Part shown: positions 36,421-46,317 of the stretch, in pieces
Layout: each line of letters starts with the position of its first letter
Numbering within the stretch: the stretch's first letter is position 1
Assembly: GCA_021781455.1 (NCBI GenBank)
Contig: JAJXWV010000078.1
Span: 3,991-67,990, forward strand
Reading direction: 5' to 3'
DNA from: Acidobacteriota bacterium
Lineage (GTDB): Bacteria; Acidobacteriota; Thermoanaerobaculia; Gp7-AA8
Length of the DNA stretch: 64,000 nt
Position numbers and translations under genes: made by a program
The notes under the pieces: model-generated
Seen by the model: the letters and a program-made list of their open reading frames with translations, nothing else
Database searches by the model: none
Told to the model about the DNA's origin: nothing

Positions 36421-36480
36421 ACCGAGTGCTGAGTCCTGAGTCCTGAGGTCGCCCCACTCAGGACTCAGCACTCAGGACTT
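36420..36480. repeat. Hairpin built from the CTCAGGACTCAGCACTCAGG motif (inverted copies)
   Basis: accgagtgctgagtcctgagtcctgagg … ccactcaggactcagcactcaggac read directly. Related to the tandem array at 17150-17215. Confidence 0.6.
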
Positions 36481-36495
36481 CTAAGAGGGCGGACA

Positions 36496-36672
36496 TTACT
36501 CGAGATCTTCAGGTTCGTTGTCCGCGAGCTCGTCGAGCAAGTCCTCCGGATCCCGTGGCGGATTCTCGCCACTGTGCTCCTCCCGCCCTGCCCCTTCGTA
36601 GCCCAGAGCTTCGGATCCGACAATGGCATCGATTGTCTTGTCGTCTTCGGTCGGCCGTTTCTCGTCACTCAT
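36496..36672 (-). CDS. Candidate 58-aa highly acidic small protein (MSDEKRPTEDDKTIDAIVGSEALGYEGAGREEHSGENPPRDPEDLLDELADNEPEDLE)
   Basis: Uninterrupted frame found by manual translation. Below the ORF-track size cutoff. No obvious SD. Confidence 0.25.
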   Translation of the reverse strand: MSDEKRPTEDDKTIDAIVGSEALGYEGAGREEHSGENPPRDPEDLLDELADNEPEDLE

Positions 36673-36742
36673 GCTTTCGAACGCAGCAAGGGGCGCGCCG
36701 GAAAAAGAGCCGGCGGTCGTCCTGGAGAGGAATTTCCGGTCG

Positions 36743-39700
36743 TCACTGCGTTCCCGCTCGCAGCTCGGTGAGCTGTCCCGCCTTGATCACCGTGAGCGTT
36801 GCCGAGACGGTGCCGTCGGTGTAGCTGAGTGTGGGTAGCCCGATTGTCGATCGTGCACCATCGAGTGCAGCGCGGAGCTCGGTAAGGTGCAGGCGTTTGA
36901 TCGTCGTGCTCCCCGCCGAGAGAGTCGAATCCGTGAAGGCGGCCGGCGCTAGTCCGGCTGCCGCGCGCATCGCGTTGACTGCCGTGCGCAGTTGCGTGAT
37001 GTGCACAGCCTTGATCCAAACACCGCTGAGAACGGCGTCGTCGAAGACGGTCGTCGTGGCGGGGTCGATGGCCGTGAACGCCGACGTGCCGCCAGCGACT
37101 GTCGCGCGAACCTTGTAGAGATAGGTCGTGTCTGTGGCGAGCCCGCTGTCGGTTTCCGACGTTCCCGCAGGACTGGAGACGAGGGTGTATGGACCGTTGA
37201 GTGAGCTTCGCCAGACCTCGTAACCCGTCGCATCGGTGACGGTGGACCAGGTCAGATCCACCTGCGAGCTGCTCGTCGCCGTGGCGGAGAGCGATGCTGG
37301 CGCATTGAGGGCGTAGTACGTGAAGCCATTCACTGCTGTGGCGCTGCCGCCACTCCCAGCAACGACGACGTCCACGGCGCCCACCGCATGCGCAGGAGTC
37401 GTGAACGTCGCCGTCGTGTCCATCGTGCTCGTCATCGCCGCTGCGTTGCCGCCGATCGTCACGCTCGCCTCCGAGAGGGCGTAGCCCGTGATCGTGACCT
37501 GGTCCCCTCCTGCCGCGCGGCCATTGCTCGGGTTGATGCTGATGATCGTGGGAGCGGCGTTCCCTGTGATCAGCACGAGGCGCTGGATGCTCGGAATGGC
37601 GTTCGTAACGATCGTGGCGCGATAGCAGCCGTTGGCGAGCCCCGCCAGCCGCGGCGTGCGGAAGAACTGATCGCTCCATGGCCCCCCCGGACCGACGAAC
37701 AGCGTCTGGTCGTTGTCCACGCGCTGCAGTTGGAGGAGGGGGTAGTTCGTTGGGGAACTGTTGAACGAACCGTTGGACGATTCGAAGCCTCCGCGGAAGC
37801 CGTTGCCGAAGAGCATGATCGTAGCCGGCTGGGAAAAGCCCCAATCTACGGCAACGATGACGGGGCGCATGGAATCGGCAAAGCCGGCACCCGCGTCGTA
37901 GAGCTCGGCCGTCACGGAGCCGTCGCCTGTGTTCCCACCTGCAATGAGTACCTTCCCGTTCGGCAGCAGCGTCGCCCCGTGGGCGTCGCGTGACGTGCCG
38001 AGACTTCCAGTGGCGGCGAACAACCCGCTTGCCGGGTCGTACAACTCGGCCGACGACAGGCGTCCGGCGGTTCCGTCCCCGCCGGCGAACAGCACCTTGC
38101 CGTTCGCGAGCAACGTCGCCGTACCGCTGCCGCGTCCTTCGACCAGGTTTCCGGTATTGCTGAACGAGCCGCTCGTCAGGTCGTACAACTCGGCCGAAGC
38201 CCGATAACCGCCGGGGCCGCTTCCACCGGCGATCAGCACCTTCCCGTTCGGCAGCAGCGTCGCCGTATGGAGATACCGCGCCGTCGCGAGACTGCCTGTG
38301 GCTGTGAACGTCCCGCTCACCGGATCGTATAGCTCTGCCGATGTCGTGTACCCCGGACCATAGCCGCTCGCAATGAGCACCTTGCCGTTCGGCAGCAGAG
38401 TCGCGGTGTGGTGGCCGCGTGCTGTGATCAGGCTGCCCGTCGCTGTGAACGTGTGGTTTACCGAGTCGTACACCTCGGCCGACGACAGGTAGACGTCTGT
38501 GTATCCGCCGGCAATGAGCACATTCCCGTTTGGCAACAGCGTCGCCGTGTGGAGCTGCCGGCCCGTGGCGAGACTTCCGCCCGCTGTGAACAAGCCGGTG
38601 AACGGGTCGTACAGTTCGGCCGAGGTCGCGTACCCGGTTGCGCCAATGCCGCCGGCAACGAGAACCTTCCCGTCGGTCAGTAGCGTCGCCGTATGCGAGA
38701 TGCGTCCGGTGGCCAGGCTACCCGTGGCCGTGAATGTCCCGGTCGACGGTTCATACAGCTCGGCCGAAGCGAGATACCCGCCGCTGCCGAAACCGCCGAC
38801 GACCAGGACTCTGCCGTCCGTCAGCATCGTCATCGTCGGATACTGCCGGCCCGCAGTGGGACTTCCCGTGCCCGCAAACACGCCCACGGCCGGGTCGTAC
38901 AGCTCGGCCGATATGGAGGACCCGCCGGCAATCAGCACCTTCCCATTCGACAACAAGGTCGCCGTCGCAATACCACGCTCGCCCGCGAGAGTTCCGGCGT
39001 TGCTGAACGTTCCGCCTACCGGGTCATACAGTTCGGCCGAGGTCAGGGGCGAGCCGAGCCTGACGCCGCCGGCAAAGAGCACTGTACCGTTCGGCAGCAG
39101 CGTCGCCGACACGTAGTAACGCGCGATGGCGAGACTTCCCGTGTTGCTGAACGTGCCCAACTCAGGGTCGTAGAGTTCAGCCGAGGTCAGGCCGGCGTAG
39201 CCGCTGGCGGCGTTTCCACCAGCGATCAGCACCTTTCCGTTCGCCAGCAACGTTGACGAATGGAGATACCGCGCCGTGCCAAGGCTTCCCGTGGCGCTGA
39301 ACGTGCCGCTCGCCGGATCGTAGAGCTCGGCCGACGCCAGGACAGTGGTTGTGTAACCAGCACCCTGCCCACCGGAGATCAGCACCTTCCCGTTGGCAAG
39401 CAGCGTTGCCGTGTGCTCGAACCTCCATGTGGTCATGTCTCCCGTGGCGCTGAACGTGCCGCTCGTCGGATCGTACAACTCCGCCGACTTCAAGAGCGCC
39501 GTCCTTCCTTCCCCGCCAGCGATCAGGACCTTCCCGTTCGGCAGCAGTGTCGCCGTATGGCGGTCCCGGCTGAAGCCCATGGTCCCGGTGACGCTGAACG
39601 TCCCTGTCGCCGGGTCGTACAGTTCTGCCGACTGTCCGACGATCAGCACCTTCCCGTTCGGCAGCAGCGTTGCCGTGTGGTAGGCCCGAGCCCCGCTCAT

Positions 39701-40654
39701 GCTTCCGGTGGCGCTGAACGTGCCGGTTGCCGGGTCGAACAACTCGGCCGACGCCAATGGCTCGATGTTGCCGTCGTATCCGCCGGCGATCAAGACCTTC
39801 CCATTCGGCAGCAGTGTCGCCGTATGGGTCCCCCTTGCAGTGCCAAGACTTCCTGTGACGCTGAACGATGGATCAACGACCAGCGGATATGCGAGTCCCT
39901 CCGTGCTCAGCGTCATGCGAAGGGTCTGCGTGGCCTTTCCATCGCCGACGAGCGTCCACTTCGCATGTGACTCGGAACGCCGCCCCGCCGCATCGACCAC
40001 CCACGGCCGGTCGATCTGCAGGATGGCGGGCAACTGACTGAACCGCCCTGACGCGATTGTGGTGGAAACTTTACTCGTCTTGGGCAGAAAGCGGATGGCT
40101 CCTCCGTCCATCACCACGGCGCTTACCCCGCGCATCTCCACGATTTCGTAGTCGTAGACGAGCGGTGCGCTCTTGTCATGCAGCAAGAGCAGCTCTTCGC
40201 TGCGTCCGCTGTCCGGAATTTCGAGAACATCGACCGAGCCGTACGTGCCCTGATAGATCAGCTTTCCGTTTGTGGCCTCCGCCAGCGCGCCGCGGGCGTC
40301 GACAGCGCGCAGAACAACGCGTTGGCTACCGAGCGTGACGACCAGAGGATCCTTGTAGAACCGGGGCCAGGTTATGTGCAGCGTCGTTGCGGCGTCCGCG
40401 AGTGCCGTTGGGTCGGGAATTCCGGGCAGATCAGCTCTTGACGAAGCTTGCTCGAAGTGTGCGCGCAAGCCTGACACGACAGCACGGCCAACCGTCTCCA
40501 CGGCTGGTTCGAATGTCGCCGAAGTCTGGACTGGCACGGAGGGGAACTCGTCGCGCAGCTGCCGCTCGACCGGATGCATCGGCGCAGCGTCGAGCGTCAG
40601 GGCCGCGCAGAACAGCAGCATGGAACTCGCAGGGACCGATCTGGCAGACCGCAT
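36743..40654 (-). CDS. Very large secreted Kelch-repeat protein with IPT/TIG and fibronectin-III domains
   Basis: Signal peptide MRSARSVPASSMLLFCAALTLDAAP. About 20 tandem Kelch motifs (…TATLLPNGKVLIAGG…AELYDP..GTFS.TGS…). Then IPT/TIG-like segments (APTIISINPSNG…VTITG…; AVDVVVAGSGGSATAVNGFTY) and an FN3 domain (…LTWSTVTDATGYEVWRS…TTYLYKVRA…). Confidence 0.8.
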   Translation of the reverse strand: MRSARSVPASSMLLFCAALTLDAAPMHPVERQLRDEFPSVPVQTSATFEPAVETVGRAVVSGLRAHFEQASSRADLPGIPDPTALADAATTLHITWPRFYKDPLVVTLGSQRVVLRAVDARGALAEATNGKLIYQGTYGSVDVLEIPDSGRSEELLLLHDKSAPLVYDYEIVEMRGVSAVVMDGGAIRFLPKTSKVSTTIASGRFSQLPAILQIDRPWVVDAAGRRSESHAKWTLVGDGKATQTLRMTLSTEGLAYPLVVDPSFSVTGSLGTARGTHTATLLPNGKVLIAGGYDGNIEPLASAELFDPATGTFSATGSMSGARAYHTATLLPNGKVLIVGQSAELYDPATGTFSVTGTMGFSRDRHTATLLPNGKVLIAGGEGRTALLKSAELYDPTSGTFSATGDMTTWRFEHTATLLANGKVLISGGQGAGYTTTVLASAELYDPASGTFSATGSLGTARYLHSSTLLANGKVLIAGGNAASGYAGLTSAELYDPELGTFSNTGSLAIARYYVSATLLPNGTVLFAGGVRLGSPLTSAELYDPVGGTFSNAGTLAGERGIATATLLSNGKVLIAGGSSISAELYDPAVGVFAGTGSPTAGRQYPTMTMLTDGRVLVVGGFGSGGYLASAELYEPSTGTFTATGSLATGRISHTATLLTDGKVLVAGGIGATGYATSAELYDPFTGLFTAGGSLATGRQLHTATLLPNGNVLIAGGYTDVYLSSAEVYDSVNHTFTATGSLITARGHHTATLLPNGKVLIASGYGPGYTTSAELYDPVSGTFTATGSLATARYLHTATLLPNGKVLIAGGSGPGGYRASAELYDLTSGSFSNTGNLVEGRGSGTATLLANGKVLFAGGDGTAGRLSSAELYDPASGLFAATGSLGTSRDAHGATLLPNGKVLIAGGNTGDGSVTAELYDAGAGFADSMRPVIVAVDWGFSQPATIMLFGNGFRGGFESSNGSFNSSPTNYPLLQLQRVDNDQTLFVGPGGPWSDQFFRTPRLAGLANGCYRATIVTNAIPSIQRLVLITGNAAPTIISINPSNGRAAGGDQVTITGYALSEASVTIGGNAAAMTSTMDTTATFTTPAHAVGAVDVVVAGSGGSATAVNGFTYYALNAPASLSATATSSSQVDLTWSTVTDATGYEVWRSSLNGPYTLVSSPAGTSETDSGLATDTTYLYKVRATVAGGTSAFTAIDPATTTVFDDAVLSGVWIKAVHITQLRTAVNAMRAAAGLAPAAFTDSTLSAGSTTIKRLHLTELRAALDGARSTIGLPTLSYTDGTVSATLTVIKAGQLTELRAGTQ

Positions 40655-40876
40655 TCCGTCGCCTCCGTTGGCTGTTCGTGCAAGAGGGCCGGCGCGCGCG
40701 TAGTGGACGCCAGGACGAATCGGACGATCAGCGGGATCATCGACCACGTGTTGTGGAGTGCGATCACGCTGTCAGCTTTGCCACTAGAGGGCCGTGACCC
40801 GCGCCACCGGTCACTGTTCGACGAGAGAGGCGATTCCTTGTGGAGATGCGCCGTGTCGCGTCAGACACCTCCAAAC

Positions 40877-41614
40877 TCATGAGTTCCTCGCCAGATCGAG
40901 ATTCTGATCGAGGAACGGAGCCGCACCGCTCGCCAACACGCCGCGTGAGCCGGCAGCGCGCCGCAGAACACTCGGCGAACAGACTGCGATCGTGACCGTG
41001 TCGAGCAACACGTAGAGAAGCCCGACGCCGCTCGGTGGATTGGCGGAGTGCAGGCCCACGAACGGAACTTGAGCAGTCCAGTGCCAGTTGCCAATCGACG
41101 TGCCGAGCCATTCGAGAAGCATCGTGGCGATGAAGGCCATCGACAGAAGAAGCTGATTGCGCGAGCGCATCACACAGACAGCCGCGGCGATCCACCAGAC
41201 GAGGCCCCACTGATCGTTGAACGCAGCGAAGCCGACTGCAGCGATGAGGCTGCCGGCGACGAGGACGCCGCGGGTGATCCGCCGTTCCAGTCGGCAGAGC
41301 GCCGGCTGCCTCGCGCTCTCGGCGGCGAGCGCATAGAACACGCCGTGGCCGAACGGCACGTAGAGTGGGATCAGGGCGTTGCGATAGCTGTAGAGTCCCC
41401 AGCCGAGCGAGAGGAGCACCTCGCCCGTCGTGGCAATGAGGATCGCCGCACCGATCCGGCTCGCTTCGTTCGATCCCCGCGCGAAGAGCCAGAGGAATGC
41501 GGCGGTGGCCGCGCCGAGTGCCAGCTGCGGGATCAGACCGCGCCTGTCGGCGATGAGAAGCAGCGGAATGAAGAACGCCGCCGCCCCGGCAAAAACGATG
41601 AAATGCCTCTGCAC
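40877..41614 (-). CDS. Polytopic membrane protein, unknown function
   Basis: 245 aa with ~7 hydrophobic helices. No motif recognised. Confidence 0.45.
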   Translation of the reverse strand: MQRHFIVFAGAAAFFIPLLLIADRRGLIPQLALGAATAAFLWLFARGSNEASRIGAAILIATTGEVLLSLGWGLYSYRNALIPLYVPFGHGVFYALAAESARQPALCRLERRITRGVLVAGSLIAAVGFAAFNDQWGLVWWIAAAVCVMRSRNQLLLSMAFIATMLLEWLGTSIGNWHWTAQVPFVGLHSANPPSGVGLLYVLLDTVTIAVCSPSVLRRAAGSRGVLASGAAPFLDQNLDLARNS

Positions 41615-41764
41615 GCGTCATTGTCGCCGATCATCAGGAGCGCGGGTGCCGATGCGTGAAGAACCACCCTCACGATCTACCTGAGGCAAGAAATGACGCG
41701 AGTTGCGGACGCGCTGCTGCGCGTCCCTACCTGCCCTGGTTTCGTGGCTGCGCAAATCTCACGA

Positions 41765-44700
41765 TCACATGCCGCTCGTCGACGGCTCGGGCCTGATCAC
41801 GATGTCCGCTCCGGCACGCCTTCTCCGCCGGGCACGCAGCCACTCCAGGCCGTCGTCGACGAGGCTGTATCCCGCCGGCACGACGAACAGCGTCAGCAGC
41901 GTGGACACGGCCATCCCGCCGATCAGTGCCATGGCCATCGGCCGCTGCACCTCGGCGCCGGGGCCGATCGCGAGCGCAGGAGGAATGGCCCCTGCGATCG
42001 TGGCGATGGACGTCATCAGGATCGGCCGCAATCGGATCGGACAAGCCTGCAGCAGCGCTTCGTGCTGCGGCACTCCCTTGCCGCGGATCTGATTCGTGAA
42101 GTCGACCAGCATGATCGAGTTCTTCTTCGCGATCCCCACCAGCAGGATCAGCCCCAGCATGCTGTAGACGTTGAGGCTCTGGTTGCCCAGCAGGAGCGCA
42201 AAGAGAGCGCCGCTGATCGAAAACGGCAGGGCCAGCAGCACGACGACGGGGTGCCAGAAAGAGTTGAACTGCGAGGCCAGCACCATGTACGCGATCAGCA
42301 GGCCGAGGCCGAACGCGAACCAGAGGGACTGGAACGAGTCGCGGAAGGTTTTCGTGCTGCCCGAGATCACGGCGCGGTAGCCGTCGGGGAGCACGGCCCG
42401 GGCGATGGCCAGCGAGTTGTCGACGGCCGCGGCCTGCGAAGCGCCGGGAGTGACGTTCGCGAAAATCGTGATGGCTCGCTCACGGTCGCGGCGCGTGACA
42501 GCCTGCAGCGTCGGCGCCTGGTCGATCCGGACCAGCTCGCCCAGACGAACCAGCTCGCCGTTCCCCGTCCTGACCAGCAGGCGCTGAATGTCCTCGGGCC
42601 TTTCGCGCTGCGGAGCCAGCAGCCGCCCGCGGATGTCGAAGCGCCGCCCCTTGTCCTTGAACTTGCCGATGCGCGCGCCGCCGATGGCCGCGTTCACGGT
42701 CTCGCCGATGGCGCTCATGCTCACGCCGAGATCCGCCGCACGGTCGCGGTCGGGAACGACCTGCACTTCGGGCATGCCCACCTGATAGTCGGTGTCGACG
42801 TCGGTGGTCAGCCCCGACTGCCGCATCCGCTCGGCGATCTCGCGCGCCGACTTCGCCAGCACGTTCCAGTCGGGACCGCGCACGTTGAACTCGATCGGGA
42901 ATCCGCCGCCTCGCGACGGGCTGAAGCCGGTCTGGGAGATGTCCTGCAGCACGACGCGACCGCCGGGAATCGTGTTGGCGTACTTGCGCACCACGTCCAT
43001 GAACTCGAGCTGCGTCATGCGCCGGCCGAGCTTCTTGTCGATCGGCCGGTCGCGCGGCTCTTTCATGTTCACGTAGGCCTGGCCGGAATTGACGTCACTT
43101 CCGCCTCCCACACTTCCCGCAAACAACGTGACCTCAGGTCGGGAAACCAGGAACTTCTCGATCTGCCGGAAATAGCGGTCCGTGGCGTCGAGGCTCGTCC
43201 CGACCGGCGTCTGGAACCGGATGGTGAAGCGGCTCATGTCCTGGCTGGGCATGAACTCCTGGCGCAGCAGGAAGATCGTGCCGAGGGAGAGGACGAAGAA
43301 GACGAACGATCCGGCGAGCACCAAGCCGCGGTGGCGCAGGACGGGCTCGAGTGCGCGGAGGTAGAACTCCGACAGCCGCTTGAAGAGCGAGTCCATGGTG
43401 CGGCCGACGCGGCCGCGGTGCTCCATCTCCAGGAACTGCGAGCAGCGCATCGGTGCGAGAGTGAGGGCCTCGAGCAGCGAGAGCGCCACGGCCACGGAGA
43501 TGGTCACACCGAACTGGAAGAAGAACTTCCCGATGATCCCTTTCATGAAAGCCACCGGCAGGAAGATCGAGACGATGGCCAGGGTGGTGGCCGCGGCGGC
43601 GAAGGTGATCTCGCGCGCGCCCACCGAGGCGGCCCTGACCTTCCCCTCGCCCATCTCCCGGTGCCGGTAGATGTTTTCCAGCACCATGATGGCGTCGTCG
43701 ACGACGATGCCGACGACGAGCGTCAGGCCTAACACCGTGTACGTGTTGAGCGTGAAGCCGAAGGCGTAAATGACGATGAACGTGCCGAGAATCGAGGTGG
43801 GAATGGCCAGCAGGATGTTGACCGTCGTCGACCACGAGCCGAGGAACAGCCAGCAGACGAAGCCCGTCAGGAGCGCGGCCAGGAACAGCGTGAAGAGGAT
43901 CTCGTGGATGGAGCGCTCGATGAAGGTGGTGGTGTCCCAGTTGATGTTGAGCTTGAGCCCTTCCGGCAACTGCGACTGGAGGACCTTCATCCTCTCCTTG
44001 ACGTCGCGCCCCACCTGCACCGCGTTCGCACCGCGCAGCTTGGTGATGCCAAACCCGATCGAAGTCTCGCCCATGGCCCGCATCAGGCGGCGCCGGTCCT
44101 CCAGCCCGTCTTCGACGACAGCGACGTCCTTGAGCCTGACGGGCGCGCCGTTGACGTACCTGACGACCAGATTGCGGAAGGCCTCCATGTCGATGGCCTC
44201 GCCCTGGGCGCGCACGTTCATCTCGCGTGCTGCGCCTTCGATGCGGCCGGCCGGAACTTCCTGATGCTCGCGGGCGATGGCGTTGTTGACATCGAGGACT
44301 GTCAACCCGTGCGCCTCCAGCCGCGGCGCGTCGTACCAGACACGCACGTTGCGGTCGCGGAAGCCGAAGACGTGGATCTCGCCCACCCCGTCGATCATCT
44401 GCAGCTGTGGGCGGATCACGTTGCGGACGTAGTCGGCGAGGAAGATCGGCGACCGGTCACCCGACAGCGCCAGGTTGATGATCGACTGATCCTCGGGATT
44501 GCGCTTCGAGATCGACGGCGGGTCGATCTCGCGGGGAAGATCGTGTACGGCCTGCGAGACCTTCGTCTGCACGTCCTGCAGGGCGGCGTCGATGTTGCGG
44601 CCGATGTCGAACTCCAGGGTGAGGTTCGCCGAGCCCTGGCGCGCGGTGGACGACATCTGCTGCACGCCTTCGACCGTCGAGAGCGAATCCTCGAGAACGT

Positions 44701-44974
44701 CGACGACGTCGGTCTCCATGATCTCGGGCGAAGCGCCCGGCCATGAGATGCCGACGTTGACGATGGGGAAGTCGACGTCGGGATTCTGGCTGATGCCGAG
44801 GCCGCGGAAGACGGTCCCGAATCCCGTGTAGCAGAGGACGCCGAAGCCGATCAGGGCCACCATCAGGATCCAGGCGAAAACGTGGTTGCGGATGGAGATG
44901 TCCGCCAGCGTCATGCCCGTGGCAATCGTCTTGGGATCCTCGACGGGGGCGGGCGCTCCGTGAAATTCGCTCAT
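41765..44974 (-). CDS. RND-family efflux transporter (AcrB/HAE1-like inner-membrane pump)
   Basis: 1069 aa with 12-TM RND architecture and N-terminal signature …IRNHVFAWILMVALIGFG…PIVNVGISWPGASPE…. 4-bp overlap with the upstream adaptor gene. Confidence 0.9.
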   Translation of the reverse strand: MSEFHGAPAPVEDPKTIATGMTLADISIRNHVFAWILMVALIGFGVLCYTGFGTVFRGLGISQNPDVDFPIVNVGISWPGASPEIMETDVVDVLEDSLSTVEGVQQMSSTARQGSANLTLEFDIGRNIDAALQDVQTKVSQAVHDLPREIDPPSISKRNPEDQSIINLALSGDRSPIFLADYVRNVIRPQLQMIDGVGEIHVFGFRDRNVRVWYDAPRLEAHGLTVLDVNNAIAREHQEVPAGRIEGAAREMNVRAQGEAIDMEAFRNLVVRYVNGAPVRLKDVAVVEDGLEDRRRLMRAMGETSIGFGITKLRGANAVQVGRDVKERMKVLQSQLPEGLKLNINWDTTTFIERSIHEILFTLFLAALLTGFVCWLFLGSWSTTVNILLAIPTSILGTFIVIYAFGFTLNTYTVLGLTLVVGIVVDDAIMVLENIYRHREMGEGKVRAASVGAREITFAAAATTLAIVSIFLPVAFMKGIIGKFFFQFGVTISVAVALSLLEALTLAPMRCSQFLEMEHRGRVGRTMDSLFKRLSEFYLRALEPVLRHRGLVLAGSFVFFVLSLGTIFLLRQEFMPSQDMSRFTIRFQTPVGTSLDATDRYFRQIEKFLVSRPEVTLFAGSVGGGSDVNSGQAYVNMKEPRDRPIDKKLGRRMTQLEFMDVVRKYANTIPGGRVVLQDISQTGFSPSRGGGFPIEFNVRGPDWNVLAKSAREIAERMRQSGLTTDVDTDYQVGMPEVQVVPDRDRAADLGVSMSAIGETVNAAIGGARIGKFKDKGRRFDIRGRLLAPQRERPEDIQRLLVRTGNGELVRLGELVRIDQAPTLQAVTRRDRERAITIFANVTPGASQAAAVDNSLAIARAVLPDGYRAVISGSTKTFRDSFQSLWFAFGLGLLIAYMVLASQFNSFWHPVVVLLALPFSISGALFALLLGNQSLNVYSMLGLILLVGIAKKNSIMLVDFTNQIRGKGVPQHEALLQACPIRLRPILMTSIATIAGAIPPALAIGPGAEVQRPMAMALIGGMAVSTLLTLFVVPAGYSLVDDGLEWLRARRRRRAGADIVIRPEPSTSGM

Positions 44975-46107
44975 CGCCCCGCCGCCGCCTTTGCCGGCCG
45001 GGCGCTCTTCGCGTCGACGCTCTCGACGTCGATTCCATCGGAGAGACGGTCGGAGCCTTCGATCACGATCGTCTCCCCCGCCTTCAACCCGCCGATGATC
45101 TCGACGGTTCCGCCACCGGTGCGCAGTCCGATCTGGACGGGGCGCTCCCTCGCTTTTCCGTTCTCCACGACATAGACGACGAAACCGCGTTCGCTGGCCT
45201 GGATCGCGCTCTCGGTGACCACCACGGCGTTCTTGTTCGTTCCCGTCGCCAGAGTGACCTCGGCGAAAAATCCAGGCTTGAGATCGCCCGGGTTGTCGAC
45301 CCAGGCGAGCACCTCGACCTGGCGCGTCGCCGGGTCGGCGACCTTGTTGACGTGGTAGACGCGCGCCGCGAACTCCTTTTCGCCGAGCGACGCCACGCGG
45401 AAGGTCACGACCTGCCCTTCCTGCGCCTTCATCGACTCCGATTCGGAGATCTTGAATCGAAGGCGCAGCCGGCGCGGATCGAGGAGCGTCGCCACGAGAG
45501 TGCCGACCTGCACGAACTGGCCGGTCTCGATGGTCCGCGTGTTGATCTGCCCGGCGCGCGGCGCACGGACGGACGAGCGTTCCAGATTCTGCTGCGCAAT
45601 TTTCAGCGCGGCGTCTGCCGCGGCCGCATCAGCCGCCAGACGCTCGGTCTCCTGGCGGGAACGGTTCAGCTCCTCGACGGCCACCAGCTGGCTCTTGGCG
45701 AGCTCGTCGCGCCGCGCCAGATCGGATTGGGCGCGCTTCCAGTCGGCGATCGCGCGCCGGTGCGCGGCCACGGCCTGCTCGACCTGCAGCCGGTACCGCT
45801 CAGGGTCGATGCGTGCCAGAACCTTCGCCGGCCACACGCGGTCGCCGGCCTGAAACGACACTTCCTTCGCCGCCCCGCTGACCTCGGCCGTGATCTGAAC
45901 CAGTTCCTCCGGCTCCAGCGATCCGAGCGCCTTGACCTTATAAACGACGTCGTGGGCGGCGACCGTGGACGTGCGTACCGCGAGACCTCGGCCACGCTTG
46001 CTCGCCGTCGCCGAGCTGTTTGCGTCTCGGCAGGCGAAGGAGACAGCGGAGACAAAGGCAGCGGCGAGTAGCACTTTGGCAGTTGCTGGTACGGGATGCC
46101 TCATCAT
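44971..46107 (-). CDS. RND efflux periplasmic adaptor (membrane fusion protein, HlyD/AcrA family)
   Basis: Lipoyl/beta-barrel MFP core (…VQITAEVSGAAKEVSFQAGDRVWPAKVLARIDPERYRLQVEQA…). Lipoprotein-like N-terminus …AFVSAVSFAC. Confidence 0.8.
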   Translation of the reverse strand: MMRHPVPATAKVLLAAAFVSAVSFACRDANSSATASKRGRGLAVRTSTVAAHDVVYKVKALGSLEPEELVQITAEVSGAAKEVSFQAGDRVWPAKVLARIDPERYRLQVEQAVAAHRRAIADWKRAQSDLARRDELAKSQLVAVEELNRSRQETERLAADAAAADAALKIAQQNLERSSVRAPRAGQINTRTIETGQFVQVGTLVATLLDPRRLRLRFKISESESMKAQEGQVVTFRVASLGEKEFAARVYHVNKVADPATRQVEVLAWVDNPGDLKPGFFAEVTLATGTNKNAVVVTESAIQASERGFVVYVVENGKARERPVQIGLRTGGGTVEIIGGLKAGETIVIEGSDRLSDGIDVESVDAKSARPAKAAAGR

Positions 46108-46196
46108 GAAGAAACAAGGATCGCGTGATCTCGCTTCGACGGACGCGGCGGTTCTCGCGCAGGCGTGTAGTCAGGGACACGAGGCGGGGTGATGGG

Positions 46197-46303
46197 CGGT
46201 TGCGCGGTTACGCGGTTACGCGGTTGCGCGGTTGCGCGGTGTTCGAAGCGATCGATCCGTCGATGCACCGCGGGACCCCGTAACCGCGCAACCGCGTAAC
46301 CAA
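46197..46303. repeat. Octanucleotide tandem array (GGTTRCGC x5) forming a long hairpin with a downstream inverted copy (GCGTAACCGCGCAACCGCGTAACC)
   Basis: ggttgcgcggttacgcggttacgcggttgcgcggttgcgcgg at 46197-46240 and its complement at 46278-46303. Lies just after the stop of the minus-strand ICMT gene and upstream of the RND operon. Confidence 0.7.
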
Positions 46304-46317
46304 CGTCTGATGACAAG

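Noticed and set aside
41693-43732. 679-aa plus-strand ORF opposite the RND pump
   Set aside because: Antisense, low complexity.
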